Origin: Paraspadella gotoi
Lineage: Eukaryota; Animalia; Chaetognatha
NCBI GenBank assembly: GCA_051294375.1
Contig: CM119267.1
Span: 9,536,339-9,600,338 of the forward strand
Length of the DNA stretch: 64,000 nucleotides
Direction: 5' to 3'
Part shown: in pieces, positions 25,021 to 35,742 of the stretch
Position numbering within the stretch: position 1 is the first letter of the stretch
Layout: each line of letters starts with the position of its first letter
Translations under genes and position numbers: made by a program
The notes under the pieces: generated by a model
Seen by the model: the letters and a program-made list of their open reading frames with translations, nothing else
Database searches by the model: none
Told to the model about the DNA's origin: nothing

Positions 25021-28000
25021 ATGGAAACGTCAACGTCGGCGTTCGACTGGTCTAAAAAAGAGGTCACCGATACGCCTTGGTACGACCGTATCAACTGGTA
25101 TGGAGTCGGTGGGATATTGTGCATGTACGTGATTATGGTGAGCTTTGGTTTATGGGCTTCACGCAAAAAAGGCCGGAATGTAGAGGAGAGCGGGAACGAG
25201 ATGGAAGCAAATATGGTGGCCGGGAGAAGCATCGGAATCCTCATCGGTTGCTTCACAATGACGGGTGAGTTGTAGGTGATCGTATTATACTAATGACGAT
25301 AACCTCGAGTCCGCGATCGTTAGTATTTGATGGCATATCTTCTTGTAGTTTTAACTCGAGTGTCGCTTTTACAGCTACTTGGGTCGGTGGTGGCTACATT
25401 AACGCGACGGCGGAGAAAGTCTTCTCCAAAGGGTTGATTTGGTGTCAAGCGCCGTTCGGCTATGCCCTCAGTCTTTTCTTTGGAGGCGTTTTCTTCGCCA
25501 AGAAGTTCCGCGAGAGAGAGTACATCACCATGCTTGACCCTTTCCAACACAAATTCGGCTCCACCATGGGAGGCCTTATTTTTATTCCTTGCGTCCTTGG
25601 AGAGCTCATGTGGTGCGCTTCTATCCTTTCGGCTCTTGGTATGGACGTAATTTTCTCAAGCCTCAAAATTTCTATTTATATTTTATTAATTCGTTCTGCT
25701 TTAATTAGGATCCGCTCTGAGCGTTATTTTGGGAATCGAGGTTGAAGTTGGTGTTATTGTATCGACGATAACTGCTGTCATCTATACATTGGTTGGTGGA
25801 TTGTTTGCGGTTGCCTACGTCGATATAATTCAATTGGTCACTGTTGCTTTAGGACTGGTAAGTCTTACAATTTTGGCTTGTTTGGGGTACTTTTGTTTTG
25901 CTTACTGTGGTTTTGTGTATTTCTAATTGGGCGTGATATGGCTTAATTAGGCCGAGCGGATTTTAAATAAAAAATTAGATTAAAAAAAAATTATGCTTGG
26001 GATGATGTGAATGCTTCATGTTACTGTTTAAAATTAATGCCTTCAGGGCCAAGTTGTTCTCGTATTTCATTCATTTAAAACTTCATTATGGTGAGTTAAC
26101 TTTGGACTGTTTGTCCTTATGACCATGTTCATTTTGTAAATTAAGCCGTTGTACATGTTTTAGAATTTATTTTCCATTTAAAGGTTTACGGCAACCAAAA
26201 AAGTTTAATATTCGCTAACTTTGATCTAGTTGTCGTGTTCAAAAATCATTTTAAACATTCATTACTTCCGAAATCTGGACTTTTACATTAACGGTTATAA
26301 ATTTTATGCCAAATTTATTAATATTTAAACATCTTTCGGAAAAGCAATTCGCGTCCGAGTTGACTCATAATTACTTAACTAAAATTTTAAGTGAATGAAT
26401 CCTTTTGTAGATATTTTTGGGAAATCATATATTTAACTAAGATCTTTGGTGTTAACAAAATGTGCATTTTGCGACAAGAAAAACTTATACATAGTCTTTA
26501 TTTAATTCTGCTACTATTGGGTTGTCGCAATGTGTATGAGTACATTCTCCTTAGGTCTTCTTTTTACTAACATTTAAAAGTGGAAAAGGTAAGATGGAGA
26601 CTACTTCTCCCTTCTTCTGCTTACCTTTTAGTTTTCTTTATTTTGTTAAATAGCTGTGAGCATTTTCTTTTTACATGCAATGGCTGTGTGGGCAATCTGC
26701 AACTCCAACCATTAGGAAAAAAAATTTTAATCCTATAAAAAGCTGCAGATTTAAGGTTATCACATTTTTGTTAGATTCAATAGAAAAATATAAACGTTTA
26801 GAACTTTCATAAATGGTCTTTCAATACGACAACGAAGTATCATGTTTTACTCGAAAAATTTTAAAATAATTAGATGACAATTTGGTAGCACATTGCATAG
26901 ATGCTTTGTGCACTCTTTATTTTTACTATTTATTTGTATACAGTCATGAGGGTGTCACAGTGAAAACCTCAGCCCGCTCTAGCGCGGGCGCCTCTCAAAG
27001 GGTCCCAGAGGGATCGGCTTCCGGGTTTTCATCTGCTTCAGAACCCCACGAGGTACCCTGTAAAGAAAAGCTTTACTTTCGGGCAACAAGACTTAATACT
27101 AGCAAGTCAGACTAGGCAAAGCTTTACCAGTTAGCTAATCTACGAAATGAAGATCAGAGCAACCAACATTTCTTTGTTTCTTGCCCCATCCCGCCTTTTT
27201 TTCATTCTAACTCCTTGAGGTTTTCTATCTTCAGTCTATTCCCTACCTCCCCCTCCCCTCCATAATCTGCTCCTTTTCTTCGTTTTATACAGTTGCTACA
27301 CAGCCTGGCTGCACAAACAACAGAAAATCTCGAAATCTCAGTGGCAGTTGGGGCGGCCCACCCCAATCTGTGGTATTTCATCTTCAATCTTTTAGTCAAA
27401 TTATACCAGAGAACGGAATTGGGGATCAGTTATCTTATAATACCAAATGTTTTAAACTTTCCTAATCTTTTCTCTGGTAGTTGTTTGAGCCTCAATTGAT
27501 TTAACTTATGATATCGGTCTTAAAAATAAGTAATGGCTCTGACAACCGTTTCTTAGCACTTGAAAAGTATTACCAAGGTTGCCAAAATATCCTTTTCTCA
27601 ATTCTTTATTTCTTCTCATTGTTACCGTTTGCTTTTATGTAAAACTAATTGCAGCTTAAAATTCCGATTGGTGCTTTTCAACTTTACTCGAGTATTGCAA
27701 ATTATTCAGTATCTTCATGAATCAGTTTGGACGATTCCCTTTAAATGAAAAGTATAATTAATTTCCGTTCCATTATATTGAAAACTCAAAACTTGCATAG
27801 AGAAAAATTCAAATAGGTTTCGACTATTTTCGCATTTATTACTCTCAATGGTTGATAAAAACCCATCTTTTTTAAAAAGTATAATATTTAGCACATATGT
27901 CCTTCTTCACGTTAGATTTTAATTGATCAAATTATTTTTTTCATTTTTTTATAATTTGTCGAAGAAAAAATCAGTATTAATATTATATTGTCTTATAATA

Positions 28001-31000
28001 TTATAATTAATGTTTTAAAGTTCTCGTCCTTTGCTCCCCAATAACCTTTTTTTAAAATATATCAGGTCATTTCGGTTCCTTTCGCCTTCCACTCGACGAA
28101 CCGCTTCGGGAGCTTGACCGATGATATCCCGACTAACTTCGGCAACATATTCCGGGACGACGGGGTCGATTACACCGACGGCAACCACACCTTTCAAGAT
28201 TTGTGGGTCGGGAAAATTAAGAACAAACAAGTCGGTTCTTATCTCGACGTTTACATCCTGCTCATTTGCGGCGGAATTCCCTGGCAGGTAAAGACATTGT
28301 GGCCCAAACATTTTTATATTTTTAAATTTTAAAGTTTATTCTTAAGTTTACACATTCCGTTATTTAGGCGTACTTTCAGCGCGTATTGTCCGTGAAAAAG
28401 CCCTCACACGCTCGTATTCTCTCTTTCGTTGCCGCCTTGGGCTGCTTTCTTATGGCCATACCTTCCGTTCTTATTGGCGCAGTAGCCACCACCGCAGGTA
28501 CGTTCTCAGGAAGAGCAGTAGTAGGGGGGGACGAGCGATGGTTGGTGGCCGAAAGATCGATCTACAATATTCATCCGAATACGCTTTGATCATCGGTCAA
28601 TGATGTATCTCTGACTCTTTTAGTTTGATGATTTCCGCCTCGCTACTTTCAGATTTTTGTATCTTGCTGTGCAAATTAGAATTTGAATCGATCTTGACAA
28701 GTGTGAGGAGCTATTATTTTTAGTTGTATCTACTCAAAGCCGTCTTTTCGCAGTCGTCTTTTCCTCACGATAGCGGCTCTAAAAATAAATCAAATTGAAC
28801 AAGAGAACTTTTTTTATTCGTTCTAATTTAGTTTTAGAAATAAATTGCGTAGTTGGACGACCGAAGCTAAGTCCGACCCGTTTCAATCGAGTTGCATATA
28901 ATTGGCCGCACCCAGCGGGGCTCGAAACTCGAACCGACGACGTCCCTCGCCACTTCGCCACCTCCTACATTTTTTTTAAAATGAGGGCCGGGATGAGGAA
29001 GAGGATGAGAAGACGCTTTACGACTTTAACCAAGCGGATGATGAAAATGAGGAGGAGGAAGTCAGGCGCTTACTTTTTTCTTTCTCCCTCGAGGAAGAGC
29101 GATGCGGATTTGAGGAGTGGCGGTGTGATGGTGGTGTTGCCAGTGTGTGTGCGCGCTTCTTTACTCCCTCACTCTCCCTGCTCGGTAGAGGTTGGGTTAC
29201 TCGGCCGGGAGAGAAGCTCGGGTGGAATTTTCCACTCTTTTTCGTGCGGAGCGATGCTAGCGTGGTCGGGCAATTTCCCTTGACGAGAAACCGAGCTGTT
29301 GGGGAAAACAAAAAAAAATATAAAAAAAAAAGCGGGAAAGAAAATAGTCGAGGAACAAAGAGAAAAGGTTATTCTTTCATCGAGTTTTTCCCTTTTGAAA
29401 CGATTAATTTTGTCGGGTTTAGCTCGGAGCCGAAAGTAGTTGTCATTACAGTGATTACTGGGTAATAATTCATCCTCGATCCAGGCAATCGGCATCCTTT
29501 CGTCTTTAAAAATTTTTTTTGAACGTTTTTTCAAAAAGCTTTTTTCAAAAGCAGTTATTTCTTTTCGTTTCATTTTGTTCGGACCTGCTCTTAAGTGTTT
29601 TGAGGTTAACAAAATAAGGATGTGAACTTTTAATCATCAGGTTATTCTATTTATAACTTAGAAGTTTTAAGCTGGTAAAAATAAGAATTCAATCTTTAGT
29701 TTGTCAGGAATGATGGCTTTTGTTGTTTTGGTTTGGTTTCAGCGATAATCAGTTTTACATTCTGATCAATTTAGCGAAAAGGTCAAAATCATTTGGATAA
29801 TACCTAGGTGGGTCTCGCTTGTTGCCTATTGCCTAAGTAAATGAATAAGTAATCGCACAAATTGATATATAGAGAAAAAAAATTGTACGCATTTTTAAAA
29901 AATATTTAGAATTTTCCATATCAAATTCTGATTTTGATAATTACCTTCATCCTGGTTTTGTTTTACGGTTAAGATTTCTGAAATGACTTGTCAAACGAAA
30001 ACTGGTTAATTGTCTATCACTTATCTATTGATACCGGGTAGAAACCTGGAGCGGATATGTCGAAGTTTCGCGTCAAACTGGTTTTTCAAAAAAATGTTTT
30101 TTCAAATGCAGCTAGGTTATCAGTGATACCGACTTTATTTACATAATTTATCTGAATAGTTAAGTAATTATACCAATTTTATAGATATTATAGTCGCATT
30201 AAATTAAATCAATGACTCGAACGATTATCATTAATTATCCCTATAGTATAATCATGTCAAATTTTTCGTTTTTAGATTGGCGATCGGCCGGCTACCCCAA
30301 CGAGTCATCCCTTCCAATCCCGGACAACCAGGCCAAATTCGTGCTCCCAATGACGCTGCAATACATGACGCCGCCGGCAGTGACGTTCGTCGGACTCGGC
30401 GCCGTGACCGCCGCTGTCATGTCCTCGGCCGATTCCTCAATCCTCGGCGCGTCGTCCATGTTCGTCAGGAACGTTTACCAAATCATATTTCGACCAAACG
30501 TACGTTTTGTTTTCCCTTTGGATTTAGAGTAATAAATAAGTATAATAATAGTTACGTTCGTTAAAATCTAACATTCTCGCTACGTTTCTAGGCTTCGCAG
30601 AGAGAACTCGGCATCTGCATGAAGGTGACCGTGGTTTGCGCCGGGGCCATTGCAATCGCTCTTGCCCTCGCCATTCCCTCTATCTATGGGCTTTTCAAGC
30701 TCTGTTCTGACCTCGTCTTCGTCATCGTTTTCCCGCAACTTGTCATGGTCACCTACGTTCCCTGGTCCAATTTGTACGGATCGATCGTTGGGTTAGTATC
30801 GCTAAACTTTCACTGTTTAAATTTAACTTTCGTGGACCATGGTTAACCCCTCTAACCCTAAATTACCATTCGCCCATACTAACAGATACGCCGTTAGTCT
30901 GACGCTTCGATTACTGGGCGGCGAGCCTTTGATCCACCTCCCGCCCACCCTCAAGTATCCATACTTCGACGAGGGCGTGGACCTCAACGGCGACGGGGAA

Positions 31001-32184
31001 ATCGACTACGAGGAGGGTCAAGGTCAACTTTTTCCCTTCCGCACCTTCTCCATGATGATAGGACTTTTAGCCAATATAATCGTCTGCTACGTCACTCACA
31101 GGTTAGGGAACTGGGCCCCTCGCCCCCCCCACCCACACCTCTATTTTTAAAAAAAAAGGGGGTCGGACTAGGAAAATATTACGTGACATTTACCACCGTA
31201 ATTTACGTCTTTTCCGACCGTTCGAAGTCCTTGGATCATGGACTTTTTGCTTTTTTTTCTCCTTCTCTCTCCCATTAAAACTTACTACTTGTAAAAAAGA
31301 GTGATGTTGGCTTGTAAAAATATAAAGTCGAATAGTGCAGACGCCAGCAGTGAAAACCTCTAAGAGAGCCTCCCCCCTCACGAATCGATTATCGATCCGT
31401 CGCTGAATGTTGTTGCGTAACAGGTAGACATTGCCGTTGTTTTCGTAACGAGTGAATTCTTTTTCTTCTCATGTTCCCTTCGTTCGTCCAGATTTTACAA
31501 CTCAAACCGTGACTCGTACGTAACTTTGGAGATTGAGAAGGGATTTTCCCCAACCCCCAGCTCCCCCTCTTGTTTCCGAGTCTTAACAAGAAAACAAAAA
31601 ACCAAAATCTAGTCGCTTCGTACGTGCTGAGCTTTTAATTAAACTAAGTGCACATTTCAATGTAAAAAAAAAAAATAACCTTATTCTTCAAAGAGAATAA
31701 AGTAGATTTAATTTTTTTTTTCTTTTTTGTAGGCTTTTCACTTCCGGAACGTTGAGCAAGAGGTGGGATCTTCTGCGGTCCATCGACCCCGAACTTATGC
31801 TCAACCACAGGTAAAAATGTTGCTACAAGTTAAGGTCGTCGATCCCTGATTCTAAATCCTTTCGATCCTGATTTTGAGCCGTAAATCATTGAGACATTAA
31901 TCGCAACATTTCTGTCTCTCATCTCATGCTTTATGAAGGAGCTGAAACTATTTTTTTGAAAGTTTATTTTTATATCCATAGCGACTGTAAGTTGTAAATT
32001 AAATCGAACAGTCTCTCTATTTTAAAATTGTTTTTATTGATTTTTTTTTTACAGCGAGAGCGAGGAAGATTACGACGAGAAAAGCGGAAAGGATCGACTC
32101 GAGAAACACGAGATGTATCCAATCGCAGAGGCGAAGAAGAGCCCCGAGTCCGCGGGCGTCCTTTTGGCGAAAGCGGAAGCGTGA
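25021..32184 (+). CDS. SLC5A7: High-affinity Na+-coupled choline transporter-like protein (CHT1/SLC5A7 family), ~618 aa
   Basis: Exons 25021-25264, 25375-25638, 25709-25857, 28066-28287, 28368-28497, 30276-30499, 30592-30791, 30886-31101, 31733-31810, 32055-32184 (1857 nt, in frame). Motifs [56 protein letters not shown]. Confidence 0.94.
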
Positions 32185-33714
32185 GGTTCGCTCAGCCACA
32201 CCTCCCCCCCTCCGTCGCGGTCACGGGTCAAATAAAGAGCAAACTTCTCTGCGCGCGTTTGTGATGGACCGCAAATTCCATCCGTTCTTCTTTTTTTTTG
32301 GTTTACGCCTCTCGATTTGTCATTTACTCGGCACACACCTCCCTTCTCCCACGAATACTTTATCCCTCCTACTTTTCGTCACTCCTGGGGACATTTGCTC
32401 CGCGCGTCAGTGAAAATGACGACTCAAGTCGAGCTGAAACCCAGCGACATCCACCACAACCCTCTCCCGGCGAAACGCCCGAAGACACTCCTATTTTTTT
32501 CGTTTGAATTCGGCTTCAAACACCTCTGTCTCACGTGATTGTTTTTTTTTTTTAGTTTTCTATATTATATTTCGATGATGTTACTGATCTGCGTTTCGCG
32601 GCCGAGAAAAAGCTAGCGATATCAAGGCTCATTGACCTTTTATTTTAGTTTACGATAGCGAAATGTAATTTTAATCTAATATACTTTGCTCGGCTTGAGA
32701 ACTTTATCAACGTTCGCTTTTTCGTAGGTTTCCACTGAAATGTCGCTCCGGTATCGACCACTGTATAAGTTTTTATCCTGTACTACTTGTCTCATTCTTT
32801 TCGTTCTGATTAACTTTTTATTTTTGTTCGGTCATCTCGAGATTGTGTAATTTGTAAGTTGCGATTAAAGTTGAACTAATTGAATGAGATATTATTCGTG
32901 GTATCCTGTATATATTTAGATAGTATTCCTCGTACTTTGTTCCCACCCTGTTTCATATGATGAAACGAGTCATTTTAAAGTTTTTATATAAGTTTAACTT
33001 AGCAGTTGGTTTGACAGTTGAAGTACCATTTTTTTTATCGTCGAAAGATTAATGAAATTATTTCTGTTGCAAGTAATAGAAAATTCATCGAATTAAATGT
33101 TAAATCAATAAAGATTAAAATATAGACTTTCAGCCTTTCAGTAAATAGGAATAGAAGCGTGATGGACTGATGGTTCATCCCTGAATTCGTCTTTTTTTTA
33201 ATTTGAAGTCGAAATTAGAATGATAATAATGACGGATGAAGCCCTAGATTTTAAACTGGAAGCCCGCTCAGTCCTAGATCGTAAAAAAAGGGATGAAGCG
33301 AATTTATAATTATTCCTTCAAAAATTTATCTTTGCCTCTGAAAGATTATTAGTCAATTTAATTTTTTTAGTTTGTCGGATTTTCAGGCTTATTTTTTCAA
33401 GTTTTTAAAGATGCGAATAAAAATGAGGAAATTGTGCCCAGTAAGAATTTTGCTCATGGGTAATGCAAGCTATTCCAAATTGTAACCATATAACGTTTAT
33501 ATAATAATAAAATGGATGATTTATTACCAAGAATTTTTTTTTTGGGGAGAAGTGGATAGATATTTAAAATTTTTTTTGAACCTTGAACAACGGAACGTAA
33601 CGTAACGCTTTTTGCTAGAATCCCATTTGTCACTGACGAAATTTCGAAAGACGTAATTTGTCAAAATCAACGCGCCCAAAAGCTGGATCGTACCTCGTGC
33701 CTACAAGTTGCAAG

Positions 33715-34080
33715 CCAAAATTTTACTTTCGCCGACCGGGGTTTTGGCGTCTTTTAAAAACCATTTAAAAATATTTATTTAAAAAAAAAATTTTAATAAA
33801 AAATAGTATTTAATTATTTTAAACTTAAACCCTTTGTCTTAATTACCATTAACTGGGGGCGGCGAGAAGGGGGGACCCTCGTTTTAGGCGAGGGGCCCCG
33901 GGCTTTAGGAAAATTTATTAATATTTAAAATTTCGGGCACTGGAGCAATTTTTAAAGCAGAAAGTCGGTAATCAAAAATTAAAAACTAAAATTACAGAGA
34001 GGGGGGCGTTTTTTCTTTCGCCGCCCTTACCCTTAAATCATTTTTAAACCATTTTTAACCATAAACCCCTTTAAATCCGT
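33715..34080 (+). mobile_element. MITE copy interrupted by a second small inverted-repeat element (~33857-34026)
   Basis: TTTTACTTTCGCCGACCGGGG at 33721. The inner element is bounded by GGGCGGCGAGAA (33857) and TTTCGCCGCCC (ends 34026). Confidence 0.55.
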
Positions 34081-34100
34081 TCAGCCAAAGTAAAATTAAC

Positions 34101-34272
34101 TGGTTAAATTTTATTTTTGCCGACCGCGGTTATGGCGGTTTTTAAAAAAATATTTAGAAATATTTATTTTTAAAAAAAATTAATAAAAAAAAATATTTAA
34201 TTACCCTAACCTTAAACCCTCTTAACCCTAACCTTTAACACTAACCCCGGTCGGCGAAAGTAAAAGTAACCC
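34101..34272. mobile_element. Complete ~170-bp MITE with ~24-bp TIRs and internal telomere-like CCCTAA units
   Basis: Left end TGGTTAAATTTTATTTTTGCCGACC, right end GGTCGGCGAAAGTAAAAGTAACCC. Flanking direct repeat AATTAAC at 34094-34100 and 34273-34279. Confidence 0.75.
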
Positions 34273-35059
34273 AATTAACCAATTGATTTTTAATATTTCA
34301 CATCAAAAATGGCTTGAATGCAAAACTGATAAGATTAAGTCTCAGCAGCTGTGGTTCCGAAGTTGTGTTTATCAAACTTACGCGTCATATTTGTTTGGTT
34401 TTCGCTGGTTTTTCTTCTCTCACACCGCATGAGACCTTTTGAATTGTAATTTTTTTTGCCTAATGTTTGGTGACTTAACAACAATACGTTCTCCATCAAA
34501 GATGACTTCTAAAGAAGTATGTCTATAACTAAATACAAGATTTTCTATGTGCAATGTTGTGCAATGTTGAACTGTTGATGTTTTTAAATTGAATTTAATT
34601 TTAAAAGATGGAAAATGACAAGTATGAGGCGCGCGTCCATCGAATGGTTGCTCGTTGGTCGGGGTCACGCGGGAATACTCGTCCGCGCCAACAAAAGGGG
34701 GAAAATATTGAAAGCCGTGAAGAACAACCAGAGGTTTTCATTGACAGTCGTTTAGATTTTTGTTTTATTCAAATTGTGCTGACACGATTCGGTAATGGTC
34801 ACAAGATCAACAGAAAACGCAATCATATGACCATATATGGAATGCGGCATAATTTCAGTGAAACTGATCCATTATAGTTAATACATGGCAGAGAGGTAAG
34901 TTTATATTAAACGCTAGTGTAGATGTTTTATATTTGTAAAGTTATATGATTAAATAGTGCATGGGACATAGTACATGGTAGTCTTATCCCTATTGTTAAA
35001 AAAAATCATATGAAATTGGTACAGCCAATATAAAAATTATGATTTTTCATGAATGACTT

Positions 35060-35430
35060 TTTAACAGGAATAATCTGTGATATCTATTAGTAAACTAGGA
35101 CAGATTGTAGTCGAACCTTGTGTTGTATAGCTGCTCCCTCTATTTCCAGAAGACCAAACTGACTTCCCCCTCCCAAAATGAGTTAGTAGATATAATAAGC
35201 AAAATTTAAAAAAAAAAGTAATATATATATAATTAAATAATATATGCTGCTATGTCCTGCTATGTCATTATCTTGTAAGAGTGATGGAGGCCTGAAACCA
35301 CCAAAGTCAGGGGCAAGATAGCTTATTTATTAAATGAATGGCTAATTATTATATTGGTTGTACAAATTTCATAGATCAAATAGTAAAATATAAAAAATAT
35401 AAGATAGGGAGTCAAGTAATTTTGCAAATT
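35060..35430 (+). repeat. Dispersed repeat; second copy at ~42870-43110
   Basis: Shared blocks AACAGGAAT..GATATCTATT, AACCTTGTGTTGTRTAG..TATTTCCAGAAGAC and AAGATAG..CAAGTAATTTTGCAA. Confidence 0.7.
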
Positions 35431-35742
35431 TTCGAAGAATTTCCTGCATGTAATAAGAAGACGAGACAGGCAGGTAAAAACGAACCGGCTTGTTTAAGGT
35501 GTTGCGCCGGAGTGATTTTCTAATATTTTAATATTAAAAATTACATAATTATTTAATAAAGCTGCTTAGTATGAACTGAAATAATTTAGTGCGATATGAA
35601 TTACAGCGCATTTACTTCTTGGTCATGTGATCATATTTTCAGGTTTATTATAAGTTAGATAGATTAATAGATGGACTTATAGTTAGTTGTTTCGCTTATA
35701 CTCGCGGCGCAACTAAAAACAAATGTTCTGACGACTGATCAG

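Noticed and set aside
33632-33665. CTGACGA..CGAAA hammerhead-ribozyme-like core
   Set aside because: Stems I and III cannot be formed from the flanking sequence.
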